Of a stretch of DNA of 33,600 nt, positions 8,500 to 16,686 are shown one piece after another. Source of the stretch: a virus. Taxonomy: Duplodnaviria; Caudoviricetes. Numbering within the stretch: the stretch's first letter is position 1; every line of letters begins with the position of its first letter. The position numbers and the translations under genes are program-made. The notes under the pieces are model-generated. The model was not told the origin of the DNA. It ran no database searches and saw only the letters and a list, made by a program, of their open reading frames with translations. Where the stretch lies: the IMG/VR virus record IMGVR_UViG_3300017721_000918, positions 1 through 33,600 of that record. One strand, given 5' to 3'.

Positions 8500-9670
8500 T
8501 GTTGTAATTGTACTTGGGTTGTTTGTTTTTGTCAACTGTGTCTACAGTAATTTTTACTCCAATTAAACCTTTGTTTTTCAAAGACTTGATGTTGTAAATG
8601 GTTTCTTTCAATGCTTTATCGAAATAATTTTTTATTCCTCTGGCACCAATATCCTGTGCATGGCACTTTTCAGCAATCATTGATACTGCTTTGTTTTCAA
8701 TGTCTAAGGTGATGTCTTCTGTGAGGAATAATCTTCTATATTGTAAGAAGGGAGATATGTTACTTTCTAAAATAATATCTTGCAATTCTTGTACAGTCAA
8801 TTTTTTCAGTGTAATAATATTTCCTATTCTGCCAACAAACTCTGGAATCAAACCATATTTGACTAGGTGATCCTGTGTGACAGAAGTTTCTTCTTGCACC
8901 TTTTCAGAATGTACAAATCCCATACCTTTTTCTTTGTTTTGAATATTGTCCAAACCAACAAAGGCTCCTGAACACATAAAAAGTATGTTTGATGTGTCTA
9001 TTTCTATAGACTCGCCTTGCGGGTGTTTTCTATTTCGTTTCATCTGTACTTTTACTTTGGTGCCTTCTACAATCTTTAACAATGCCTGTTGTACACCTTC
9101 TCCTGATACATCTCTTGTGATAGAAACATTTTCGCTTTTGCGTGATATTTTATCTACTTCATCTAAAAATATTATGCCACGTTCTGCACGTTCAATGTCA
9201 CCATTTGCATGTTCAATCAAACTGGCCAGCACAGTTTCAACATCGTCACCTACGTATCCTGACTCAGTCAATGTGGTTGCATCAGCAATATAAAATGGCA
9301 CATCCAAAAAGTTTGCCACAGTCTTTGCTATTAATGTTTTACCAGATCCTGTGGGACCTATCATACATATATTACTTTTTTCTAGTATGCCAGGATTTTG
9401 CAGTCTCTTGTAATGTAAGAACACACTGACCGCCACTTGCACTTTGGCTTCATCTTGTCCTATGATATCAGAGTCTAAAAATTCTTTGATTGTGTGTGGA
9501 TCTATGTCAGCAACTTCATCATAAGTCTTAGGATCATTGTCCTGCAATATCATTGCACATCGGTCAATACATTCATCACAGATAGATGAAGTATCTGATG
9601 CAATCAATTTGTTTACATCTTCTTTGTGTTTGCCACAAAAGGCACAAGTGTCGAGATTTTTATCTGGCAT
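8492..9670 (-). CDS. clpX: ClpX ATP-dependent unfoldase
   Basis: Zn-binding CAFC..ICDEC, Walker A GPTGSGKT, GYVG pore loop, Walker B IFLDEVD, RDVSGEGVQQALLK, RKH loop, MGF (IGF-loop variant), GARG. Confidence 0.96.
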   Translation of the reverse strand: MPDKNLDTCAFCGKHKEDVNKLIASDTSSICDECIDRCAMILQDNDPKTYDEVADIDPHTIKEFLDSDIIGQDEAKVQVAVSVFLHYKRLQNPGILEKSNICMIGPTGSGKTLIAKTVANFLDVPFYIADATTLTESGYVGDDVETVLASLIEHANGDIERAERGIIFLDEVDKISRKSENVSITRDVSGEGVQQALLKIVEGTKVKVQMKRNRKHPQGESIEIDTSNILFMCSGAFVGLDNIQNKEKGMGFVHSEKVQEETSVTQDHLVKYGLIPEFVGRIGNIITLKKLTVQELQDIILESNISPFLQYRRLFLTEDITLDIENKAVSMIAEKCHAQDIGARGIKNYFDKALKETIYNIKSLKNKGLIGVKITVDTVDKNKQPKYNYNND

Positions 9671-9899
9671 GTTCTACTATGTATGCTAGAGAATCGATTG
9701 AACAATCAAAAGTTTTGGTAATGGTATTTTTGATTTGTTCCTTCCATTCAGTTGATGATGTATCTTCTATCAGATAAAACTGAGTGTCTTGTGTGCATAC
9801 ATTCAGTAGAGTTTTTATTGTGTCATTAGTAAAATTTTTGAGAGCATAAGCCGGTTCCGGCACAGTGTCTGGTTCACTGCAAAATGTAATCTTATTCAT
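9660..9899 (-). CDS. Hypothetical protein
   Basis: 79-aa ORF overlapping both neighbours in a co-directional run. Confidence 0.6.
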   Translation of the reverse strand: MNKITFCSEPDTVPEPAYALKNFTNDTIKTLLNVCTQDTQFYLIEDTSSTEWKEQIKNTITKTFDCSIDSLAYIVEHAR

Positions 9900-10236
9900 C
9901 CAATAACTTTCTTACTATGACTTGTTCGGCATGGTTAAGTGTGTTTATGTCTAATGCTCCTGACCTCACCTCTTTTACGATTCTATCGAACCTCAATTTA
10001 GTTTGTTGTTCGTAAGTGAGTTCATCTTTTTGTTTAGAATTACCAACCACTTTGGGTCTACCCCAGTAATCTTTTGCGTCTGTGACCACAGGTTGTGGTT
10101 CAACTATTTGTTTTTGAAGTTCAGCAACTTGCCTTTTTGTTTCTTCTAATTCATCTAGAGTATCATTTAGAACCTCTAATGTTTTTTGGTACTTGATCCA
10201 AAGGCTATCTAGTGTGTGTTGGCTCTTAGTTGACAT
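9892..10236 (-). CDS. Hypothetical coiled-coil protein, paralogous N-terminus with the adjacent gene
   Basis: DSLWIKYQKTLEVLNDTLD resembles DTLYVKYQRTLELLSNALD. Confidence 0.7.
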   Translation of the reverse strand: MSTKSQHTLDSLWIKYQKTLEVLNDTLDELEETKRQVAELQKQIVEPQPVVTDAKDYWGRPKVVGNSKQKDELTYEQQTKLRFDRIVKEVRSGALDINTLNHAEQVIVRKLLDE

Positions 10237-10540
10237 CGGGATTTAATTTTTTTGCAAGTTTTGCCTCTAGTTCAGCAACACGTGAAGGTGTAGTTAGATC
10301 AATATCTGCTTCAACTTCTACAATTTTTTCAACTTCTTTTTCAACTTCAACAACTTTCTCAACTTCAACTTCTTTTGGTTTAAGATCAAGTTCTGCTTTC
10401 AATTGAGCGATTGTGTTGCTTTGTTCTTCTATGGTTGCATTGGTAGAATCTACTTGATCTAATGCGTTGCTCAATAGTTCTAGTGTTCTTTGATATTTCA
10501 CATACAAAGTATCAACAGTTTCTTGTTTGTTATTTGCCAT
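10226..10540 (-). CDS. Hypothetical coiled-coil protein with EVEK repeats
   Basis: AAGGAG SD; EVEVEKVVEVEKEVEKIVEVE. Confidence 0.7.
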   Translation of the reverse strand: MANNKQETVDTLYVKYQRTLELLSNALDQVDSTNATIEEQSNTIAQLKAELDLKPKEVEVEKVVEVEKEVEKIVEVEADIDLTTPSRVAELEAKLAKKLNPDVN

Positions 10541-10541
10541 G

Positions 10542-11873
10542 TTAATCTCCTTTCTTTTTGGTTAATTTGTTTACTACCGTACGTTCTAGTTCGTGAATTC
10601 CTTTAGGAGGATCTACATTAATTTTTTCTTCAACTTCAACAATCTTTTCTCCTGTAGGCGCCACTGTGGTTTTTCCTTTGGCTAGGTTGTAATCCAACGC
10701 ACCTTTACCTTCAAATGACCAACCATATCTTGCTTTGAGACTCATGTTCACAGCAATCAATAGCAACACAGCCAATGGATCAAACACAAACATTATTATA
10801 ATGATTAACCATGTTACCGCTCTTTCTAAGTCCACTTCGCCATCACGATCAAAGAACTGTGCTAGATACTTGATAGGACCAACTTCTGCAGACAATTCAC
10901 GTATCTTTGCTTCTGCAACATACTTCTCAGCATTAAGATCATCAATTGTGTCGTAAGCAATATTGATCTGTTGTTCATATTCTGTTATTTTGGTTTCAGC
11001 ACTGTCTTGATCTGCAATAGCGTCTGAATTTATAGCGTCAATTCTTGCCTTGGCACTGGCTATCTCTTCAGCAACAGAGGCTTGTAAGGTACTGATTTGT
11101 GCGTTTAAATCACCAATTTTATCACGTAAAGGAGCAATCTGTTTGTCAGCATCTGATTGTGCATTTGTTATATTTCTGGAAATTGTATTACGTTCTGACT
11201 TCTGTGAATCACGCAACTTGGCCGCTTCAAGTTCTTCGTTGAAGAAGTTTTTGTCAGCAGTCAAAACATCATTCACAGCCTTGTCCAATGTGTCTAGTTT
11301 CTTTTGTTCAATATCTATCTTTTTATCTGCTTGGTTTTGTATGTCTTTGATCTCTTCTTTTATTGTGTTGATTTGTAATGTAATTAGATCAACATCTTGT
11401 TTAATTTTTTCATTGGCAGTATCAATTATTCGTTGTTCACGTTCAATCTGTACAGACGCACTGTCACTCGCACCTGTGCGTAGGCGTTCTATTTTATTTG
11501 TAAGATTGGTAATGGTGCTTTCCTGTCTTATAATCTGTGAATCTAATCTTTCAATCTTGGCCACAGTATCTCCTGCAGGAGTTGCCTGCTCTATATGTGC
11601 TCTGGATAGAAATCCAAATATTCCAAGTGATGTAATCAGCATCAACACAACCACAGCAATCGTGAGATATGTCTTGAGCAGGAACGGAATGTTTCTCCAG
11701 TTCTGATACAGCCATGAAGCAGTCACCAGTTTGGAAACTTCTAGTACCGTACCCATCACAATGATAGGCAACTGGGCGGCCGCAAATATTGCCGCAAGTC
11801 CTAGCACAGAATAGTAAATGGCCACTGTGGATATTGCTAATGCACAAATAAATGTTATTACTATTAGAAACAT
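10542..11873 (-). CDS. Membrane-anchored long coiled-coil protein
   Basis: Three N-terminal TM segments (SLGIFGFLSRAH), long heptad region, EVGPIKY, C-terminal TM (FVFDPLAVLLLIA); TAAATA 4 nt upstream. Confidence 0.85.
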   Translation of the reverse strand: MFLIVITFICALAISTVAIYYSVLGLAAIFAAAQLPIIVMGTVLEVSKLVTASWLYQNWRNIPFLLKTYLTIAVVVLMLITSLGIFGFLSRAHIEQATPAGDTVAKIERLDSQIIRQESTITNLTNKIERLRTGASDSASVQIEREQRIIDTANEKIKQDVDLITLQINTIKEEIKDIQNQADKKIDIEQKKLDTLDKAVNDVLTADKNFFNEELEAAKLRDSQKSERNTISRNITNAQSDADKQIAPLRDKIGDLNAQISTLQASVAEEIASAKARIDAINSDAIADQDSAETKITEYEQQINIAYDTIDDLNAEKYVAEAKIRELSAEVGPIKYLAQFFDRDGEVDLERAVTWLIIIIMFVFDPLAVLLLIAVNMSLKARYGWSFEGKGALDYNLAKGKTTVAPTGEKIVEVEEKINVDPPKGIHELERTVVNKLTKKKGD

Positions 11874-11892
11874 GTTTTATTTACTCGGTCTC

Positions 11893-12159
11893 TCACTTGT
11901 CATAGTCTGCGTTGTAATCTTCATCAGTCACTGTTAGTTCCCATAATGTTTTGTACTGGTTCCAGGCTTCTTGCAGTGCAGGATATTTTTTCCTGATTGC
12001 TACACCCGGCCATCCAGTCATTTGGGCCTCCGCTTCTATTTGTTCTTGTGCGTTGGCGAAAGCATCTTTACTCAGTAATTGTTTTTCTTTTTTACCAACT
12101 TCATTTTGATACACAGTTCTGCCTCCGTCAGGCGACGTGTAAATGTATGTCTTGGTCAT
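11893..12159 (-). CDS. Hypothetical protein (IYxSPDGGxTVY motif)
   Basis: 88-aa ORF with TATACT 6 nt upstream of the ATG. Confidence 0.7.
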   Translation of the reverse strand: MTKTYIYTSPDGGRTVYQNEVGKKEKQLLSKDAFANAQEQIEAEAQMTGWPGVAIRKKYPALQEAWNQYKTLWELTVTDEDYNADYDK

Positions 12160-12202
12160 AGTGATAGTATAACTGAAAACTATAAAAATTTAAAGTGAAA
12201 TA

Positions 12203-12883
12203 TTAACTGTCTTCGCCTGACAATCTCTTAGTGGTTGTGACCTGAGCCACAGTAAGTGATGCCAAAATACTTTCTAAATCAGTTGGTGGTGTTGCTGTAA
12301 CAGCCTCTATCACTGTGTCTGTTGTTGCTGGTCTAAACACAGTTCTGTTCTCTGTAATACTTCCTGATACAGTTGAGTCAGCCGCATATGTTTCTGATCC
12401 ACAAGCAATACCAACTGCTACTCTGTCTTTGACAACTTCTGTTGGAGTGTTAACAACTGTAGATCCATCAATACCTGTGAATGATGTTGCATCTTTTGTG
12501 AATAAACTGTCTGTGTCTTCAATTGCTACGGTAAACTCTAATGCAGTTGCTTGAGCCGATCCGTTTGCTTCAACAATCTCAATGTCAAGTATATCAACAT
12601 TTGTATTTTGACTTAGGGTTCTTACAACACTTTCAAATCTCATTAGTCCTCTTTCTCTGTTGAGTGCTAATGCATCTGACGTTGCTCTCGTTACGTTTGT
12701 TGCTAATGTGCCTAAGTTTGTGATGTAAGGATATTTGTTTGCTGTTGGAAAGTTTCCGTTGGGTGTTACTGCTCCACCTGATGTACCTATTACACCTGTG
12801 TCATATGCACTCATGTCAACAGTTACTCTGAAGTGTTTTTCTCTTCTGTCATCGTGTGCGGCGTTACTGAAACTAATTGGCAT
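12203..12883 (-). CDS. Probable virion structural protein
   Basis: T/A/S/V-rich; late TAAATA at 12911-12916 and GAGGA SD. Confidence 0.6.
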   Translation of the reverse strand: MPISFSNAAHDDRREKHFRVTVDMSAYDTGVIGTSGGAVTPNGNFPTANKYPYITNLGTLATNVTRATSDALALNRERGLMRFESVVRTLSQNTNVDILDIEIVEANGSAQATALEFTVAIEDTDSLFTKDATSFTGIDGSTVVNTPTEVVKDRVAVGIACGSETYAADSTVSGSITENRTVFRPATTDTVIEAVTATPPTDLESILASLTVAQVTTTKRLSGEDS

Positions 12884-12917
12884 TCTTTATATCCTCGTAA
12901 GTGTTATTTGTATTTAT

Positions 12918-13241
12918 TTAGTAGATATGCCAAACTTGATTCTTTCTACAGGCCACGCCATAGTAAAAATCTGCTGTCTCATTGGGGAAATAATAACCTA
13001 GTTCAAAGTGTCTGCAGGGTGATTTGTGCATGTGTGCTTCATATATGGGCATAACATATCCACTTTTTCCTGTGCTTTTGTCTGCCCAGTATGTGCTAAC
13101 ACCATCTGGATTGTGCTCCATTGCTTGTTGCAGTGACGCTTCTATCACATCTGCTTGTTTGCTGTGGCCAGTCATTGCATAGTAACCTGTGTGTGAACAG
13201 GCTTGTAATAATAAGGCACATATGATAATACTCAATCTCAT
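12918..13241 (-). CDS. Lipoprotein, RT0821/Lpp0805 (17-kDa surface antigen-like) family
   Basis: Start ATG 13241; lipobox LLQAC; ALE..PDG...W....TG.SG...P....CR.F..G.ACR...W pattern; TTGACA-16-TATAAT at 13248-13275. Confidence 0.7.
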   Translation of the reverse strand: MRLSIIICALLLQACSHTGYYAMTGHSKQADVIEASLQQAMEHNPDGVSTYWADKSTGKSGYVMPIYEAHMHKSPCRHFELGYYFPNETADFYYGVACRKNQVWHIY

Positions 13242-13286
13242 ACTGTTATTATACAACAGAATGGTATTGTGTCAAGTGTTTAAAAA

Positions 13287-13712
13287 TTAAAGGGTAACGA
13301 CGCCTTCTTTAATAAGACGTTCTCTGTTTTCCATGTGTTTTGCTTGTACTTCTTCTTTGGATCCACCAAAATAAGCAACAGCATAACCTTCTTCAATCAA
13401 AATATCAGTGGCCATTTTGTCACCAACAACAAAATCTCCCAGTATTCTGCCAAATTTACCTTTCATGTCCTCGCCCTTTTTGTTGACCTGTGTCTTGAGG
13501 ACTGCTTTCTTGCCCAGCATACTTTTTAATTTTTCTTTTGAAGCAAGACCAAATTTCTTTTCTACTTTGTCTCTGGTTCTAGATTCTGGAGTGTCAATAC
13601 CCATCATTCTCACTCTCTCATCTTTGATCCACATTCCAAAGCCTAAATCAATATCAACATCAACTGTATCACCATCAACTACTCTAGTGATGTTTACTTT
13701 ATATTCATACAT
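13287..13712 (-). CDS. Thermonuclease (SNase-like) family protein
   Basis: RVVDGDTVD, RVRMMGIDTPE, GKFGRILG, EEGYA motifs. Confidence 0.9.
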   Translation of the reverse strand: MYEYKVNITRVVDGDTVDVDIDLGFGMWIKDERVRMMGIDTPESRTRDKVEKKFGLASKEKLKSMLGKKAVLKTQVNKKGEDMKGKFGRILGDFVVGDKMATDILIEEGYAVAYFGGSKEEVQAKHMENRERLIKEGVVTL

Positions 13713-13800
13713 CTTTGTGGCCTCTCATGAAATGTTTGGCAGGCTCGTACGTCCACCAACGATATAAACTTTTTTTAAATCTGTTCCAGCGTGTTAACAT
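13705..13800 (-). CDS. Unlisted 31-aa small protein MLTRWNRFKKSLYRWWTYEPAKHFMRGHKDV
   Basis: Hand-translated; TAAATA at 13808-13813, 7 nt before the ATG; its stop overlaps the nuclease start region. Confidence 0.6.
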   Translation of the reverse strand: MLTRWNRFKKSLYRWWTYEPAKHFMRGHKDV

Positions 13801-13840
13801 ATATTAGTATTTAATTCTAAGTCTACATTTTCATGAGATA

Positions 13841-14102
13841 GTGCCCCACTTCTGTTGCCAGGCAGGGGCCGCCCCGTCGAGACCTATGCCGCTAAGGCTA
13901 GTTCCTCTTCAAAAATGAAACTTTCGTTGTCATTTATAATTTTGGCCGTTACCTCGTTCCAACTGGATAAACTCCACATGTCTTTAAACCCTGGTCGATC
14001 CTATTTCGCCCCCGGAAGGGATTACATAAGCCACCATATGGTGGAGGCGCCCGGTACTGCCCCGGGGTCCCTAGAGTGTATTACACACACTTCAACGTCT
14101 AT
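13841..14102 (-). ncRNA. ssrA: Two-piece (circularly permuted) tmRNA, alphaproteobacterial type
   Basis: Acceptor piece first (about 14102 to 14039), ending CCCGG-GGCAGUA-CCGGG-CGCCUCC-A-CCA; 25-nt intervening segment; coding piece starts GGGGGCGAAAUAGGAUCGAC at 14013 (G3.U70 pair); tag frame 13931-13884 reads (A)DNESFIFEEELALAA*; terminal hairpin with GGCAACAGAA. Outer ends are approximate. Confidence 0.93.
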
Positions 14103-14139
14103 GCAACTATTTTATATTCTTTTAAATTTTTGTCTACTG

Positions 14140-14451
14140 TTATGTGATGATAGCACTTTTGCCTGCAGGTTTTATTCCTGTGGTGCCTTGTATGTAATTG
14201 TCCTGGGCACCTTGATTAGCAATCTGTGTTGTAATTACTGCACTCTTGTTGATGCGAAATGGACTTTCCATGTTGCCCATTATGACATACTGTTGCATAC
14301 CTAGTCCATTTTGTGTCATGCCCAACACTAGTGGCTTTTTTACTGTCATAGTATCATCATTTTCAGAAACGTACTTGGCAATAACTTCATCACCACCAAT
14401 AAGTCTGAATACAATAATATCGTTTTCTTTGAAACTATTTTCTTTTAACAT
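14140..14451 (-). CDS. Conserved-looking phage hypothetical protein (possible Sm-like beta fold)
   Basis: DIIVFRLIGGDEVIAK..Y.Q.TTGI; promoter-like TTGATC-17-TACAAT at 14475-14503. Confidence 0.7.
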   Translation of the reverse strand: MLKENSFKENDIIVFRLIGGDEVIAKYVSENDDTMTVKKPLVLGMTQNGLGMQQYVIMGNMESPFRINKSAVITTQIANQGAQDNYIQGTTGIKPAGKSAIIT

Positions 14452-14544
14452 ATTGACCCTTTTGTTTTACACCAATTGTATAGCCTAAACCAAAAGCGAT
14501 CAAGAGAAAAGTTATTATGATGGCAGAATGCCACACGTAGAACA

Positions 14545-15648
14545 TCACAGTTTGAATCCTTTGAGTGTGTCTTTGTTTACATCTTGTTTGACACCACCAA
14601 TGATGTATGATTCAACTTCAGTTTCTTGTGGAGCCACTTGTAAACCAGATGAAGACAACCAATGCTGTGTCCAAGGCAGAGGATTAGTTCCTGCAGGTCT
14701 GTCATAAGCAGGTTCAAAACCAATTGCTTTCAATCTTTTATTGGCAATCCATTCAACATATTGTCCTAATAAGTTTTCGTTAAGTCCTATGATTGACCCA
14801 TCTTTCATCAAATGTCTTGCCCATGCTTTTTCTTCTTCCACACACAATTTGTACATCTCGATAACATCTTGCCTACATTCTTTTGCAATTTTCTGCATGT
14901 CTTTGTCATCACCGTTGTGCCAATTTTTTATAATTTGTGTGCTTAGGTTCAAATGAGTTGCTTCATCTCTTGCAATGAAAGAAATAATTTTTGCAGATCC
15001 TTCCATCAATTTAAGTTCACCGAATGCAAAGGTACAAGCAAAACTCACATAAAATCTAAGACCTTCAAGGATGTTTACATTTACCATTGCAAGGTATAGA
15101 GATTTTTTTACATCCTTAATATCGCCTTTGCCTTTGACAAAGTAATCCTGTGCTATCTGGTAAAAGCGATCATAATTTTCTGTGACTGATATTGCTCGTT
15201 TAACAATTTCTTCATCATGCAATATTGTGTCAAACACTTCTGATGGATCAGCATAAATGTTTTTCATAATGTAAGTGTATGATCTTGAATGTATTGTTTC
15301 AAAAAAGTCCCAAGTGATTATGCAACCTTCTAGTTCTGGTAATGACACATAAGGCAAAAACGCCAATGATGGACCTCTACCTTGCACTGAATCTAACAGT
15401 GTTTGATATTTCAAATTGGAAGTGAATATGTGTTTCTGTTCTGGTCTAAAGTTTTGATAGTCTGCTCTGTCTTTTTGCAATGATACTTCTTCTGGACGCC
15501 AGAAATAACCAAGCATAGTTTGGTTTAATTTGTCCAGTGCTGGATACTTGAATATATCGTATCGCTGTGTGTTTTGATCTTCTCCAAAGAACATAGGTTG
15601 CTTAGAGAAGTCCACGGTTTTTCTATTGAATACTGTTTTTTGTGTCAT
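14545..15648 (-). CDS. nrdB: Ribonucleotide reductase class Ia beta subunit
   Basis: FWRPEE, LLDSVQ, ETIHSRSY (radical Tyr), LEG, RDEATH, APQETEVESY. Confidence 0.97.
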   Translation of the reverse strand: MTQKTVFNRKTVDFSKQPMFFGEDQNTQRYDIFKYPALDKLNQTMLGYFWRPEEVSLQKDRADYQNFRPEQKHIFTSNLKYQTLLDSVQGRGPSLAFLPYVSLPELEGCIITWDFFETIHSRSYTYIMKNIYADPSEVFDTILHDEEIVKRAISVTENYDRFYQIAQDYFVKGKGDIKDVKKSLYLAMVNVNILEGLRFYVSFACTFAFGELKLMEGSAKIISFIARDEATHLNLSTQIIKNWHNGDDKDMQKIAKECRQDVIEMYKLCVEEEKAWARHLMKDGSIIGLNENLLGQYVEWIANKRLKAIGFEPAYDRPAGTNPLPWTQHWLSSSGLQVAPQETEVESYIIGGVKQDVNKDTLKGFKL

Positions 15649-15684
15649 GATGTAATGTTAGTTTATAGTGTACTATTTAAGTCG

Positions 15685-16686
15685 TCAACTGAATTGATAA
15701 CTCTTCAGTTTATTATTAATATGTTTTTGCCAATATGTTGTGTTAGTCATGTGTGAGCGGTTAAACTTGTGTCTATTCGCGTTCACTTTTGGTAATTGAT
15801 TTCGTAATCGTTCTATTTCGTCAATGATCATGTCAAAACGTTTTTTATGATCAAGTTCTTGATCGTATGCATGATCTACAACATCATCAAACACATCGAA
15901 TCCTTGTGCTTTTAGAAATTGTACAGTGCCCGGCACTGACACTACAATAGGAAAAGTTTCGTAAAACAATGACAAATAACTTTTTTCTGTACAACTTGTT
16001 AAGTGTGGTTCGTCAAAGTCAGTTTCATTTACGATAGTGTAATCTGCTCTGTTATATATGTCCTCAAGATTTAAATTTTGATTAAAATTTTGTGCTTGTG
16101 ATCCTACATTTCCTTCTGCTTCTACTGGTTGATCAATGTAAGTTGGTCTTTGAAAGTCGTAATGATCAAATTTATTGTTAGGAAATGTTTCGGAACAATC
16201 TCTGTAAGACCAAAGCACATCATTAATCAAATGATGATTATGTAGAGCACTTATCATTCCCCAGCGATGTTCCTTAGAGAAATTATTCATACATAAAAAT
16301 TTGTGTGTTTTGTTTTTTGTTTTAGGACTAGGTCTTTCGGTTGTGGACAAGTAAAACCAAATGTATCCTTCTATGTACAGATGTCTTATGCCATGTCGTT
16401 CGAAATAGGTTTCATCGTCTGTGTTATCCAGAACCAACGCTCTATCTAGTAAACCGTGATCATTGAGTTTATTTTTTAGTTCTATTGCTTGTTGTTCATT
16501 ATGTAAATGTTCACAGGTTTTATCAATCACCACCATCTTTCCGCGTCTTGCATGTATGGACAATAGTTGGTCTAATTGTTTAGGATTATGATACAAAAAA
16601 TCATCATATGGTACCACCATTTTTGCTTTTAACTTGGTGTCTTCAAAGAGTTTGAATAGATAGTTTGATTCAGGATTAGCTGCCAT
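15685..16686 (-). CDS. Hypothetical, glycosyltransferase-like protein
   Basis: Start ATG 16686 (TAATG overlap with the nrdA stop); C-terminal IVNET..TEKS...PI..L...GFDVFDDVVDHAYD, reminiscent of the GT10 nucleotide-sugar-binding motif. Confidence 0.5.
   Translation of the reverse strand: MAANPESNYLFKLFEDTKLKAKMVVPYDDFLYHNPKQLDQLLSIHARRGKMVVIDKTCEHLHNEQQAIELKNKLNDHGLLDRALVLDNTDDETYFERHGIRHLYIEGYIWFYLSTTERPSPKTKNKTHKFLCMNNFSKEHRWGMISALHNHHLINDVLWSYRDCSETFPNNKFDHYDFQRPTYIDQPVEAEGNVGSQAQNFNQNLNLEDIYNRADYTIVNETDFDEPHLTSCTEKSYLSLFYETFPIVVSVPGTVQFLKAQGFDVFDDVVDHAYDQELDHKKRFDMIIDEIERLRNQLPKVNANRHKFNRSHMTNTTYWQKHINNKLKSYQFS

Noticed and set aside
11050-11706. 218-aa + strand ORF and the many other short opposite-strand ORFs in the track
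   Set aside because: They lie antisense to well-supported genes, with low-information S/I/L-rich translations and no initiation signals.
14039-14070. tRNA-like 3' end (T arm plus CCA) as a stand-alone tRNA
   Set aside because: There is no anticodon arm, and the matching 5' acceptor strand lies downstream in transcript order. It is the tmRNA acceptor piece.
13855-14304. 149-aa + strand ORF
   Set aside because: It is antisense to the tmRNA and to the 14140-14451 gene; a shadow ORF.
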